Shown one piece after another: positions 54,155 to 64,000 of a DNA stretch of 64,000 nucleotides. The DNA comes from an uncultured Candidatus Saccharibacteria bacterium (GTDB taxonomy: Bacteria; Patescibacteriota; Minisyncoccia; Phycocordibacterales; CAYSCM01). Under the pieces are notes generated by a model. That model was not told where the DNA came from. It saw only the letters and a program-made list of their open reading frames with translations, and searched no databases. Numbering within the stretch: the stretch's first letter is position 1; every line of letters begins with the position of its first letter. Position numbers and translations under genes: made by a program. Location of the stretch: the NCBI GenBank assembly GCA_964429815.1, contig CAYSCM010000001.1:437705-501704 (forward strand), written 5' to 3'.

Positions 54155-54769
54155 GTGCTTCTATCGTCCATTCTTCACCTCGATCTGACCGCGTTTGCCA
54201 AAACCGTCGGGTACGTCGGCCTGTTTCTCGTCATTTTCGCCGAGTCGGGGCTTTTCTTTGGTTTTTTTCTTCCCGGCGGGAGTCTTCTCTTCGTCACGGG
54301 ACTTCTCGCGTCACAAGGAGTCTTTGACATCGGACTCATTGTGCCGCTCTTAGCGCTCGCCGCTATCCTCGGCGACAACGCCGGGTACTGGTTCGGTGCC
54401 AAAGTCGGCACGAGAGTGTTCGCTCGGGAGGATTCGTTTTTTTTCCATAAACGACACGTCGAGACCACCAGGCGTTTTTATGGACGCTACGGGGCGCGCG
54501 TAATTTTTGTCGGCCGCTTCGTCCCTATCGTCCGCACATTCGCCCCCATTCTTGCCGGAGTCGCGGGTATGCGCTATCGGACGTTTTTCCTCTACAACGT
54601 CGCAGGCGCTCTTGCATGGGGAGCGGGCGTGGCGCTTGCTGGGTATTTTTTCGGTACGGTCATCCCAGGTATCGAGCACTACATCACCTATGTCATACTT
54701 GGCATTATCTTTCTTTCTCTCGTACCGCTTGTTCGTGATATCGTGCGGCCTGTGCAAAAAGGACCGTAG
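54155..54769 (+). CDS. DedA family (VTT/SNARE-associated) membrane protein
   Basis: G(x)2GDNAGYWFG and the FVGRFVPIVRTFAPILAG core. Confidence 0.8.
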   Translation: MLLSSILHLDLTAFAKTVGYVGLFLVIFAESGLFFGFFLPGGSLLFVTGLLASQGVFDIGLIVPLLALAAILGDNAGYWFGAKVGTRVFAREDSFFFHKRHVETTRRFYGRYGARVIFVGRFVPIVRTFAPILAGVAGMRYRTFFLYNVAGALAWGAGVALAGYFFGTVIPGIEHYITYVILGIIFLSLVPLVRDIVRPVQKGP

Positions 54770-54799
54770 AGCGGCCTGCCGTTCGTTATACTGAGAGAG

Positions 54800-56851
54800 A
54801 TGCTTGTCTTCTCCCTCACTCCTGCCGAAGTTCAGGCAACGACGTTCGGGTTTCTCTTTTTCGTTCTTGCTATCGCGACCTTTTTCATTCTGACGTCAAA
54901 CTACCGTGACGAAATGGCACGGCGATATGCCTACGTCGCCCTTTTCGGCGCGCTCGTCAATCTTTTCGCGTTCCTTTACGGCACCACGGATAACCTCTGG
55001 CTTGCGCGTTTCTTCCGGATACTTTCCCAAGGCATCGTGATGCCGTTCGTCGCGCTGCTGCTCCTCTTCTCGGTCGCCTTGTACGAAAAGTACATGCCAA
55101 AAGATACCACTTTGCGCTACCTTGCGTACCTGTTTTCCCTCGGACTCGGCTTGTTTTTTCCGCTCTTCCTCAGTGATGCGGTGTATGGGACCCATTTTCT
55201 TTTCGGTGAGCTAACACTGCCGCCCTCCATCCAGCTCACTCCGCAGCCGGGACCGTACTTTTTCTACTACATCATCGTTTTTACACTAAGCGCGCTCTAC
55301 TCGCTCTACCTCATGGTCGATTTGTGGCGCCACGGCAGGACGCACGAGGCGAAGCTCATGGGGTTTCTCATGGTAATCGCCATGAACATCCCCGTGCTCA
55401 CCCGCACCGTGGGCTACGCTCCCTGGTACGGACTTACGGAGGGAGGAGGATACTCGCTTTTGTTTGTATCCCTTCTTACGGGACCGCTTTTCGCTTTCGG
55501 CGTGACGTACGCCATTTTGCGCCACAAAGTATTTAACCTGCGCCTCATCACCGCCGAACTCCTCATATTCGCCCTATGGAGCTTCATTTTCCTTCGCGCG
55601 CTCCTTGCGCGCTCGTGGAGCGCAGCGTTTCCCGACATCGCGCTCCTCGCGGCGACCATCATTCTAGGCTCGCTTCTTATTCGCTCCGTTCTCAAAGAGG
55701 TAGAACAGAAAGAGCGTCTCGAACAATTGGCGGGGGAGCTGCGGGACCTCAATGAAAACCTTGAGGGGCGCGTCAGGGAACGCACGGCTGAGCTTGCGCG
55801 CTCAAAAGCTCATATAGAAGCCGTCGTTGAAAATCTCACAGTCGGTCTTGTCGAATACGATGACTCGGGCCGCGTCTATCGTCTCAATCGCCGTGCTGAA
55901 GAGCTCCTCGATCTGTCACGCACGAAAGTTTTGGGCAAAGCTGGAGGAAGACTGCCGCTTGCGGTGTATATGGTTCTCTCGGCGAACAAGGAACATGATG
56001 ACTCCGCGAAGGAAAGCCCTCTGCCGGAAAATACGATAGAAATTCTCCTTGAAACGCCGCACAAGCGCAACCTCCAGATAACGACCGTCCCCATCGAGCT
56101 GGAGGACGGCGGTAAGGGACATGTGAAGCTCCTGCGCGATATCACCCGGGAGCGCACCATCGAGCGCAATAAGAGCGAGTTCATCTCGACGGCGGCCCAT
56201 CAGCTGCGCACACCGCTCGCCGCACTTCGGTGGTCGTTCGAAACATTCCTCGGCGGCGGTATGAAGCGCCTCACTAAATCGCAGCGCGAGATACTTGAGC
56301 AGGGGAAGAGCGCGTCGATCAACATGATCCGGGTCGTGAACGATCTTCTCAATGCGGCGCGCATCGAGGAAGGACGTTTTGAATACGAATTCAAAAGGGA
56401 GAAGCTTTCCAAGGCGCTCGAATTGGTTGAGCCCACGCTCCTCGCACTGGCTATACCCAAAAACATAGCGCTGACGTTCGGCGGGTTCGATAAAATCCCG
56501 GCGTTTATGTTCGACGCGAACAAGCTCATGCTTGCGATACAAAATCTTGTCGACAACGCCATAAAATATTCCCCCGAGCACGGTAGGGTGGCGGTGCGGG
56601 CACACGCGGACTCGAGCAAAGTCTCGATCGCGGTCTCTGACGCCGGCATCGGCATTCCGGAGGCGGATATGGACCGTCTCTTTACCAAGTTTTTTCGGAG
56701 CAAAAAAGCTACCATGATGTTTACAGACGGCTCAGGCCTCGGTCTTTTCATTGTTAAAAACATTGTGGACAAACACGGAGGTACTATCGTGGTAGACTCG
56801 AAGGTGGGGAAGGGTACGACGTTTACCATCACCATCCCCACCAAACGATAA
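54800..56851 (+). CDS. sensor histidine kinase with an N-terminal multi-TM sensor module
   Basis: About 7 TM helices, a coiled-coil/PAS-like linker, HisKA (STAAHQLRTPL) and HATPase_c (GSGLGLFIVKNIVDKHGG). Confidence 0.8.
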   Translation: MLVFSLTPAEVQATTFGFLFFVLAIATFFILTSNYRDEMARRYAYVALFGALVNLFAFLYGTTDNLWLARFFRILSQGIVMPFVALLLLFSVALYEKYMPKDTTLRYLAYLFSLGLGLFFPLFLSDAVYGTHFLFGELTLPPSIQLTPQPGPYFFYYIIVFTLSALYSLYLMVDLWRHGRTHEAKLMGFLMVIAMNIPVLTRTVGYAPWYGLTEGGGYSLLFVSLLTGPLFAFGVTYAILRHKVFNLRLITAELLIFALWSFIFLRALLARSWSAAFPDIALLAATIILGSLLIRSVLKEVEQKERLEQLAGELRDLNENLEGRVRERTAELARSKAHIEAVVENLTVGLVEYDDSGRVYRLNRRAEELLDLSRTKVLGKAGGRLPLAVYMVLSANKEHDDSAKESPLPENTIEILLETPHKRNLQITTVPIELEDGGKGHVKLLRDITRERTIERNKSEFISTAAHQLRTPLAALRWSFETFLGGGMKRLTKSQREILEQGKSASINMIRVVNDLLNAARIEEGRFEYEFKREKLSKALELVEPTLLALAIPKNIALTFGGFDKIPAFMFDANKLMLAIQNLVDNAIKYSPEHGRVAVRAHADSSKVSIAVSDAGIGIPEADMDRLFTKFFRSKKATMMFTDGSGLGLFIVKNIVDKHGGTIVVDSKVGKGTTFTITIPTKR

Positions 56852-56853
56852 CC

Positions 56854-57243
56854 ATGGCCTCCTCCGCCTCATCCGTACGTGTCCTTGTTGTCGAAGACGA
56901 CAAGCTTTTAAGCTCGCTTGTCGTGCGAAAACTTAAGTCGGATAAGTTCGACGTTCTCTACGCTCCGAACGGGGAGGAAGCGCTCAAAATCCTCGAGAAA
57001 GAGAGGCCTCAGATCATTCTCTTGGACATCCTCCTTCCCGGCATCGACGGCTTTGAAGTGCTGAAGCGCGTGAAAGCAGATGAAAAATTGAAAGACATCC
57101 CGGTCGTCATCCTCTCTAATCTCGGGCAAGAGAGCGATATTGAAGAAGGAAAAAGGCTCGGCGCCATCGCATTTTTGGTCAAAGCATCCCTCACGCTCGA
57201 CGAGATCGCCAAGGAGATAAAACGGGTCGTCGGCGCCGCATAG
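56854..57243 (+). CDS. single-domain response regulator (CheY-like receiver)
   Basis: VLVVEDD...LLDILLPGIDGFEV...K motifs. No output domain. Confidence 0.8.
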   Translation: MASSASSVRVLVVEDDKLLSSLVVRKLKSDKFDVLYAPNGEEALKILEKERPQIILLDILLPGIDGFEVLKRVKADEKLKDIPVVILSNLGQESDIEEGKRLGAIAFLVKASLTLDEIAKEIKRVVGAA

Positions 57244-57314
57244 CCTTCACTGCCCGCTCGTGCTAGACTCTAGCGGTCACCCTAGCGGCACACGCTGGGG
57301 CCGATTGCATTTTC

Positions 57315-59921
57315 ATGAGCAAAACGCAGTTTAATCCCGGCGCGGAGAAAATCGTGGTGAAGGGCGCGAGAACCCACAACCTTAAGAACATCACGGTCGA
57401 AATGCCGCGCAATACCGTGGTCGTCTTTACGGGGCTTTCCGGCAGCGGCAAGTCTTCATTGGCGTTCGATACCATTTTTGCCGAAGGACAGCGGCGCTAT
57501 GTCGAGTCGCTTTCGGCCTACGCGCGGCAGTTCCTGCGACAAATGCAAAAGCCTGATGTCGATGAGATAGCGGGCCTCTCCCCGGCCATTTCGATAGATC
57601 AAAAGAGCCGCTCCAATAATCCTCGCTCCACCGTCGCCACCACGACCGAGATCTACGATTATCTGCGCGTTCTCTATGCGCGCGTAGGAAAGCCTCACTG
57701 TCTCCTTTGCGGCAGAGAGATAAAAAAACTTAGCAATGAGGAAATTTTGGAGCGCATCGTCAAGACCGCGGAAGGGTTCGACGTTGGACCAGTGTCGAAG
57801 GAGGTCATGGGCGTCAAAGTGTCCGATGCCAAAGTCCGTATTTACGCGCCGCTCGTCGTCGGGCGCAAGGGCGAGTATTATCAACTGCTCTACGACCTCC
57901 TCGGAAAGGGCTTCGAGCGGGTCAAGATAGATGGGGTCGACCGGAAGCTGCGCGAGAGGATCATTCTGGCGAAAAACAAGAAGCACGATATCGATGTGCT
58001 CGTCGATGAGATTTTCGTCACGGAGTTCCGCGACAATAGAGCGAACGCGCGCGAGCGTCTGTCGGAGGCCATAGAACGCTCGCTCCACGAGTCCGATGGG
58101 CTCATCAAACTCATGGAGCCGGACGGGAGCGAGCACCTCATTTCCGCCAAGTTTATGTGCCCCTATGACGGTTTTTCGTTCCCCGAAGTAGAGCCCAGGC
58201 TTTTCTCCTTCAACTCGCCATATGGAGCATGTCCGGTTTGCAATGGTCTCGGTTCAAAATATTTTTATGGCGACGAGCCATGCGATGAATGCAAGGGGGC
58301 TCGCCTGCGCAAAGAGGCGCTCAGTGTGTTTTTGGGCCAGGGAGACGGGCGCAAGAACGTCGTCGAGCTCACCTCGCTTTCTATCAAAGATGCCCAGGCG
58401 TTTTTCGATGAGCTTTCCCTGACCAAGAAGGAGACTGAGATATCGAAGGTCATCATTCGGGAAATAACGAGCCGGCTCCAGTTCATGCTAAACGTCGGCA
58501 TCGACTACCTGACACTCAATCGTCGCTCCAATACGCTCTCCGGCGGGGAGGCGCAGCGCATTCGGCTTGCCTCTCAGCTCGGAAGCGGGCTCGTGGGGGC
58601 GCTCTACGTGCTTGACGAGCCGACTATCGGACTCCATCAGCGTGACAATGACCGTCTCATCAAGACGCTTCTTAGTCTGCGCGATCTTGGCAACACCATA
58701 CTCATCGTCGAGCATGACGAAGACACCATTTTCGCCTCGGACTATCTTGTGGATATCGGACCAGGCGCCGGCGTGCATGGCGGGGATATCGTGGTTTCTG
58801 GATGGCTTGAAAAACTTTTGACCGCTAAGAAAAACGATTCCGGCTCTCTTACGCTTTCGTACTTGCGCGGAGAGTCAATGATTGAAACCCCGTCCAAGCG
58901 GCGAGGGTCAGAAAAAGGAGCGCTCAAAATACGCGGCGGGAAGCTCTTCAACATACGGAACATGGACATCGACGTCCCGCTCGGCCGGCTTGTCGGGGTC
59001 ACCGGCGTTTCGGGTTCAGGTAAGTCAACGTTTCTCTATGAAATCCTCCACAGGAACCTCCAAGCTCGCTTCGAGCGCAAGTATCGCTCCGCTGAGATTT
59101 TCAATTGCGCACGGTTCGAGGGGACTGAATACCTCGGTCGGGCTATTCTCATCGACCAGTCTCCGATAGGGCGCACTCCGCGCAGCAATCCCGTCACCTA
59201 TACCGGCGCGTTCACCCACATGCGCGACCTTTTCGCGGCAACAAGCGAAGCGCGAGCGCGCGGCTGGAAATCAAACCGGTTCTCTTTCAACGTGAAAGGG
59301 GGACGCTGCGAAAACTGCGAAGGTAACGGCGAGATTGCCGTGGAGATGCATTTTCTGCCGACCGTCTATGTGACGTGTGATGTGTGCAACGGAAAGCGCT
59401 TTATGAAAGAGACGCTTGAGGTGAAATACAAGAAAAAAAGCATCCATGACGTCCTCACTATGACCATTGAAGAGGCCTTGACCTTCTTTGAGGACATCCC
59501 GGCTATCTACGACCGTTTAAAGACGCTCTCCGACGTTGGTCTTGGCTATCTGGAGCTTGGGCAGTCGGCGACGACCCTCTCCGGCGGGGAGGCACAGCGC
59601 GTGAAGATATCTTCCGAGTTGTATCGCCCGCATACACAAAAGACGATATACCTCCTCGATGAACCGACCATCGGGCTCCACTATGAGGACGTCCGAAAAC
59701 TCATCGAAATCCTCCAGGAGCTCGTCAATCGAGGTAATACCGTCGTCGTCATCGAGCACAATATGGACGTCATCAAGTCCTGCGACTACCTCATCGATAT
59801 CGGTCCCGAGGGGGGGGATCGCGGAGGTGCCATTGTCGCGAAAGGCACTCCCGAGGAAGTAGCCGACGCTAAGGGTTCCCATACGAGCAAATATCTAAAA
59901 AAGGTGCTCCGAAAACGCTAG
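57315..59921 (+). CDS. uvrA: excinuclease ABC subunit A (compact, 868 aa)
   Basis: Two ABC modules ([10 protein letters not shown] and [17 protein letters not shown] twice) and zinc-finger cysteines. Confidence 0.9.
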   Translation: MSKTQFNPGAEKIVVKGARTHNLKNITVEMPRNTVVVFTGLSGSGKSSLAFDTIFAEGQRRYVESLSAYARQFLRQMQKPDVDEIAGLSPAISIDQKSRSNNPRSTVATTTEIYDYLRVLYARVGKPHCLLCGREIKKLSNEEILERIVKTAEGFDVGPVSKEVMGVKVSDAKVRIYAPLVVGRKGEYYQLLYDLLGKGFERVKIDGVDRKLRERIILAKNKKHDIDVLVDEIFVTEFRDNRANARERLSEAIERSLHESDGLIKLMEPDGSEHLISAKFMCPYDGFSFPEVEPRLFSFNSPYGACPVCNGLGSKYFYGDEPCDECKGARLRKEALSVFLGQGDGRKNVVELTSLSIKDAQAFFDELSLTKKETEISKVIIREITSRLQFMLNVGIDYLTLNRRSNTLSGGEAQRIRLASQLGSGLVGALYVLDEPTIGLHQRDNDRLIKTLLSLRDLGNTILIVEHDEDTIFASDYLVDIGPGAGVHGGDIVVSGWLEKLLTAKKNDSGSLTLSYLRGESMIETPSKRRGSEKGALKIRGGKLFNIRNMDIDVPLGRLVGVTGVSGSGKSTFLYEILHRNLQARFERKYRSAEIFNCARFEGTEYLGRAILIDQSPIGRTPRSNPVTYTGAFTHMRDLFAATSEARARGWKSNRFSFNVKGGRCENCEGNGEIAVEMHFLPTVYVTCDVCNGKRFMKETLEVKYKKKSIHDVLTMTIEEALTFFEDIPAIYDRLKTLSDVGLGYLELGQSATTLSGGEAQRVKISSELYRPHTQKTIYLLDEPTIGLHYEDVRKLIEILQELVNRGNTVVVIEHNMDVIKSCDYLIDIGPEGGDRGGAIVAKGTPEEVADAKGSHTSKYLKKVLRKR

Positions 59922-60035
59922 ATATGCACACCACTGTCGCAGAAAATCCTCTGTGGTGGGTTACACTGAGGCTTTAGGAGCGTTCTCTTGAAACTCTCTC
60001 GGGCCGATTAGGCCGCTATTCAACAGGAGGGAACC

Positions 60036-60362
60036 ATGGCCGGAGCATACGGCTACGATTCGACGTGCATGGCCTACCGCATCGGCAGCAAAACCGTAAC
60101 ACTTGCACAGTTGCGGAAGTTTTTCCGCCTCCGTTTCAGGGCGGACGGGATCGCGGCGATGCTCACGGAAGCGTATCGTCGCTACACCAAGTACTTCGGC
60201 AGCGAGCGGGTGCTTCCTGATGCGATCGAAGAGTGGACTATCGCCCTTAAATTCCAAAACAAGATCCCACCCTTCGTGCTCGCCGTTTGGTACGCGGAGG
60301 AACACGCCGCGGGGAACCTCGAGGTCGGCTTTCGGGTGGCCCGCGAAGGCCTCGAGACATGA
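60036..60362 (+). CDS. hypothetical protein (108 aa) between uvrA and uvrC
   Basis: Strong SD AGGAGGG upstream. No recognisable domain. Confidence 0.55.
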   Translation: MAGAYGYDSTCMAYRIGSKTVTLAQLRKFFRLRFRADGIAAMLTEAYRRYTKYFGSERVLPDAIEEWTIALKFQNKIPPFVLAVWYAEEHAAGNLEVGFRVAREGLET

Positions 60363-60416
60363 TATCGCCGGCAGCGTTTATTCGCTGCCGGCTCTATCTT
60401 TTGTTAAGGTAGCTTC

Positions 60417-61643
60417 GTGACCATCCGGCACTTCAAAGCAAAAGCGCTTCCCCGAAAACCCGGCGTCTATCTTTTCAAGGACAAAAAAGGGGGCATCCTC
60501 TACATCGGTCGGGCGACAAATTTGCGCGAGCGCGTTCGCTCCTACTTCGCACCCGATCTTATCGCGACCCGTGGGCCGCTTCTCGTTGATATGGTCACTA
60601 AAGCCCGGGGCATACGGACGCAGACCACGGACTCTGTGCTGGAGGCGATCATTCTGGAGGCGAACCTCATTCGGAAGCGGCAGCCTTATTACAACACCAA
60701 GGAAAAGGACGACAAGAGTTTCAACTACGTGATGTTCACGGAAGAAGAGTACCCCCGAATACTCGTGATGCGCGGCAAGGACCTCGCCAACCGCGACCGT
60801 AAGGAGTTTAAAGCGGTGTACGGCCCGTTCCCGCACGGGCTCTTGTTCAAAGACGCGCTAAAGCTCATTCGGAAGCTCTTCCCGTTTCGGGATACCTGCG
60901 TACCGAACTCGGGGAAGCGTTGCTTTAACGCGCAGATAGGGCTTTGCCCGGGAGTCTGTAGCGGCGAGATGGGAAGCGCGGCGTACCGGCAGCGCGTCCG
61001 GAATCTCGAGCTCTTCTTCCAGGGGAAAAAGAAAAAGTTGCTCGCCGAGCTTAAGCGGCAGATGCGTGTCGCTATCAAAGCGGAAGAGTTCGAAAAAGCC
61101 GACGTGCTCAAGCGCCAGATATTCGGTCTTACCCACATTCAGGATGTTTCGCTCATCCGAAATGAGTATCGTGCTCCTCTCGGAGGTCTATTTCGCATAG
61201 AAGCCTATGACATAGCGCACCTCGGCGGTACCTCAACCGTCGGGGTTTTCACCGTCGTCGAAAACGGAGAGCCAAACAGAGCCCAGTACCGTATGTTCCG
61301 GATTCGGCAATCAACCCAAGGAAGCGACACCGCGGCGCTTTCGGAAGTTCTTTCACGACGTCTCGGTCACCCCGAGTGGGGCTATCCACGTCTTATCGTT
61401 GTTGATGGCGGTATCGCGCAAAAGAACGTAGCCGAGCGGGTTTTGCGCGGGGTTGGAATAGAGATTCCGGTCGTGGGCGTCGTCAAAGACGACCGGCATC
61501 GCCCGCGACGGATCATCGGCGAAAAAAAATATACTGAAGGGTACGGAAAAGCAATTCTTCTCGCCAATGCGGAGGCCCATCGCTTTGCCATTTCTTATCA
61601 CCGCCGCAGGCGCGCGTTGCTTCCGGGTTCACGAAGGAGGTAG
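60417..61643 (+). CDS. uvrC: excinuclease ABC subunit C, short form (408 aa) lacking the C-terminal HhH domain
   Basis: GIY-YIG (GVYLFKDKKGGILYIGRATNLRERV), UVR motif and RNase H-like endonuclease domain. The protein ends before the usual (HhH)2 region. Confidence 0.8.
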   Translation: MTIRHFKAKALPRKPGVYLFKDKKGGILYIGRATNLRERVRSYFAPDLIATRGPLLVDMVTKARGIRTQTTDSVLEAIILEANLIRKRQPYYNTKEKDDKSFNYVMFTEEEYPRILVMRGKDLANRDRKEFKAVYGPFPHGLLFKDALKLIRKLFPFRDTCVPNSGKRCFNAQIGLCPGVCSGEMGSAAYRQRVRNLELFFQGKKKKLLAELKRQMRVAIKAEEFEKADVLKRQIFGLTHIQDVSLIRNEYRAPLGGLFRIEAYDIAHLGGTSTVGVFTVVENGEPNRAQYRMFRIRQSTQGSDTAALSEVLSRRLGHPEWGYPRLIVVDGGIAQKNVAERVLRGVGIEIPVVGVVKDDRHRPRRIIGEKKYTEGYGKAILLANAEAHRFAISYHRRRRALLPGSRRR

Positions 61644-61657
61644 GGTATACTGAAACG

Positions 61658-62563
61658 GTGAATCGCCTGAGCTTCAAAGAGGCCGCGCCCTATCTTTTTT
61701 TCTTCCTCGTCACTGCCGGCCTCATCGCTCTCTCCCACTGGAGCGACGCCGTATCGTCCTATCTTCGAGGTATTTCACTCCTGGGGCCTTACCGTGTGGT
61801 TCTAACAGGGGAAAATCTTTTTTACCTTGCGCTGGCGCTCATGCTCATTGACATCCTCGTGTTGTGGGGGCGCGAGCATTCGCGCCAGGCGCTTCAGTAC
61901 TCCTTTCTCACCATCATCACCCACAAGTTCCGTACGCCGCTTTCTGGCATCAAGTGGGCCCTCAACGGTCTGCGGGAAGAAAAGACTCTCGAGGAACGTG
62001 AGGCGCTTCTCCAGGAAATCGAAAATGCCGCTGAGCGCATTACTCAGACCGTGGATACCCTTGCGGGACTGGCAAAATTCAATGATTCAATGGACTACGC
62101 GTTTGCCGCTATAGCGCTGCGGCAGATCGTTGAGCAGAGTATGCGGAAATTCGCCTCAATGAGCACGAAGCGCGGCATTATCTTCAAACTCGAACCGTCG
62201 GCTGACGTTCCGCTCATCATCATTGACCGCACGAAGGTGCAGTTTGTCAGCGATGTGCTCCTTGAAAACGCCATTAAATACTCAAGAGACGGCGGCGAGG
62301 TGCGGATCGCCATCGAAAAGCGCAGGAGAGGCGTCATGTTAACGATATCTGACGAGGGCGTCGGACTCACCGTGGGTGAGCGTCGGAAAATATTTGGCAG
62401 ATTCTACCGCTCGAAAGAAGCTCAGCGTCGCGATCCGGATGGCATGGGGCTTTCCTTATCGCTTGCGCACACCGTCATGCGCCATCACCGCGGCTCGATC
62501 GAGGCGTACTCGCGCGGTCGCGGAAAAGGGGCCACGTTCGTCGCCACCTTTCCGCTCAGGTAG
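61658..62563 (+). CDS. sensor histidine kinase (two TM helices, HisKA + HATPase_c)
   Basis: ITHKFRTPL H-box and a C-terminal ATPase region (DGMGLSLSLAHTVMRHHRG). Confidence 0.75.
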   Translation: MNRLSFKEAAPYLFFFLVTAGLIALSHWSDAVSSYLRGISLLGPYRVVLTGENLFYLALALMLIDILVLWGREHSRQALQYSFLTIITHKFRTPLSGIKWALNGLREEKTLEEREALLQEIENAAERITQTVDTLAGLAKFNDSMDYAFAAIALRQIVEQSMRKFASMSTKRGIIFKLEPSADVPLIIIDRTKVQFVSDVLLENAIKYSRDGGEVRIAIEKRRRGVMLTISDEGVGLTVGERRKIFGRFYRSKEAQRRDPDGMGLSLSLAHTVMRHHRGSIEAYSRGRGKGATFVATFPLR

Positions 62564-62589
62564 CGCGGTCTCGATGGTATACTTCTCGT

Positions 62590-63558
62590 ATGTCGCGCGT
62601 CCGCGTCGGCGTTCTTCGGGGTGGTCCCAGCAGCGAGTACGATGTATCGCTTCGGACCGGCGCGTCCGCTCTCAGGCATTTGCCCGAGGAGAAGTATGAG
62701 GGCATTGAGATTTTCATAGATAGGGAGGGGGTATGGCATATCAAGGGGCGTCCTTACGATCCAGGACGCGCGCTTTCCCACGTGGACGTCGCGCTCAACG
62801 CGATGCACGGAGAGTACGGCGAAGACGGCACCGTGCAGCGCATCCTCGAGTCCTTCGGGGTTCCCTACACTGGGTCAACTTCGTTTAGCTCGGCTCTTGC
62901 CATGAATAAACCGAGAACGCGTGACGTTGTCTCGCGAGCTGGGATACGTGTGGCACGGGGCGTTGTCCTCAATGTCGGGGATGACCTCAACAAGAGAATA
63001 TTCGAGCTTTTCCGTACCTTTCCGCAGCCCTCCGTCATCAAGCCCGCCAGTGCTGGTTCTTCGATCGGAGTTTTTATCGCGCGAAGTTTTCAAGATTTCG
63101 ATAGCGGCATTCGCGACGCATTCTCATACTCGCCGAAAGTTTTGATCGAACAGTACGTGCCGGGGAGGGAGGCCACTGTAGGAGTCGTCGACGCCTTCCG
63201 CGGCGAGCGGTTCCATGCGCTTATGCCCGTCGAAATAATTCCTTCGAATAAGGAGCGTTTTTTCAGCTACGACGCCAAGTATGGCGGTACAACGCAGGAG
63301 CTTTGTCCGGGAAATTTTCCGAACGGCATAAAAGAGGAGCTGGCGCGAACGGCGATACTCGCGCACGAGGCGCTTGGATTGCGGCACTATTCTCGCTCGG
63401 ACTTTATTGTTTCTCCGCGGGGCGTCTACTTTTTAGAAATAAACACGCTCCCCGGACTCACCGAACATTCGCTTCTGCCTAAGGCGCTCGCCGCGGGGGG
63501 GACGACAATGCCGCAGTTCCTCGACCATCTACTCCGAATGGCGCTCGGGCGGGCATGA
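62590..63558 (+). CDS. ddl: D-alanine--D-alanine ligase
   Basis: VGVLRGGPSSEYDVSL, HGEYGEDGTVQ and an ATP-grasp C-terminal half. Confidence 0.9.
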   Translation: MSRVRVGVLRGGPSSEYDVSLRTGASALRHLPEEKYEGIEIFIDREGVWHIKGRPYDPGRALSHVDVALNAMHGEYGEDGTVQRILESFGVPYTGSTSFSSALAMNKPRTRDVVSRAGIRVARGVVLNVGDDLNKRIFELFRTFPQPSVIKPASAGSSIGVFIARSFQDFDSGIRDAFSYSPKVLIEQYVPGREATVGVVDAFRGERFHALMPVEIIPSNKERFFSYDAKYGGTTQELCPGNFPNGIKEELARTAILAHEALGLRHYSRSDFIVSPRGVYFLEINTLPGLTEHSLLPKALAAGGTTMPQFLDHLLRMALGRA

Positions 63559-63899
63559 GCGAGTTCCTCAAAAAACGCTGCGTTCCCTGCGAGGGGAACA
63601 CTCCGCCACTCGGCGAAAAAGATATTCGCAACTATTTGCCTGAAGTATCGGGGTGGACCGTGCGGGACGATAATAAAGAGATTTGGCAAGAATGGGAGTT
63701 TAAAGATTTCAGACGTGCAATGCGCTTCGTAAGCGCCGTCGCCATGCTTGCGGAGTTTGAAGGACATCATCCGGACATTCACGTACGATACAACAGAGTG
63801 CGTCTCGAACTTTCGACGCATGCGATCAAGGGACTTTCGATCAATGATTTTATTTTGGCCGCCAAAATAGATGAGATTTTGACGGAACAACAAAGTTAG
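63555..63899 (+). CDS. pterin-4-alpha-carbinolamine dehydratase
   Basis: EGHHPDIHVRYNRVRLELSTHA core motif of PCD/DCoH. ATGA overlap with ddl. Confidence 0.8.
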   Translation: MSEFLKKRCVPCEGNTPPLGEKDIRNYLPEVSGWTVRDDNKEIWQEWEFKDFRRAMRFVSAVAMLAEFEGHHPDIHVRYNRVRLELSTHAIKGLSINDFILAAKIDEILTEQQS

Positions 63900-63934
63900 A
63901 CCTATTGGAGAAAATATTGTATAGTTTTTCCCTC

Positions 63935-64000
63935 GGGCCCGTAGCTTAGTTGGTAGAGCGCCTCATTTGCAATGAGGAGGTCAGGAGTTCGAATCTCCTC
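63935..64000 (+). tRNA. tRNA-Ala (anticodon TGC), 3' end truncated by the window edge
   Basis: GGGCCCG-TA-GCTTAGTTGGTAGAGC...stem CCTCA / loop TTTGCAA / TGAGG...GGTCAGGAGTTCGAATCTCCTC. The acceptor 3' strand lies beyond position 64000. Confidence 0.65.

Noticed and set aside
57456-58136. 226-aa minus-strand ORF
   Set aside because: It is antisense to uvrA.
1-64000. CRISPR arrays, rRNA genes, transposases, integrases and phage structural genes
   Set aside because: None seen. There is no repeat-spacer periodicity, no recognisable IS or integrase motifs (DDE, tyrosine-recombinase R-H-R-Y blocks) and no 16S/23S-like conserved stretches.

Overview
This 64 kb window reads as a compact, high-GC bacterial chromosome segment with tightly packed, often overlapping genes, short ribosome-binding sites and several leaderless starts. 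Compositionally it resembles a reduced genome such as a CPR/Patescibacteria-like lineage. No rRNA genes, CRISPR array, transposase or integrase were seen.

The housekeeping backbone comprises clpB (5' partial), miaA, an AhpC-type peroxiredoxin, pyrF, parB, rel, topA, dprA, serS, an FtsQ-like gene, dus, a short dnaX, tgt, an FKBP isomerase, ddl, a pterin dehydratase and uvrB/uvrA/short uvrC. Six tRNA genes are present: Tyr, Trp, Leu, Gln, and a 3'-truncated Ala at the window end. A 52-codon rpmG (ribosomal protein L33) is missing from the ORF track because it is under 60 aa.

The accessory and unusual content is:
- a translationally coupled three-gene operon encoding two paralogous TrbC/VirB2-type (T4SS-pilin-like) membrane proteins, one fused to an LAS/M15-type cell-wall metallopeptidase domain;
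- an LPXTG surface protein followed by a sortase;
- a tandemly duplicated promoter / hairpin-leader / gene / terminator cassette whose non-coding parts are more conserved than the coding sequence;
- a 28-bp palindrome present three times, twice flanking an ArsR-family regulator gene and once downstream of the peroxiredoxin gene;
- several secreted hydrolases: a GH18 protein with a peptidoglycan-binding domain, a zincin protease with Ig-like domains, and a glycosidase-like protein;
- an RND efflux pair plus an MFS transporter;
- a VKOR-msrA pair;
- small proteins with canonical promoters or SD-plus-terminator support, one of them a zinc-ribbon protein;
- an antisense overlap of the miaA 3' end with tRNA-Trp.

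All calls rest on motif and family recognition by eye. No database search or folding program was run.
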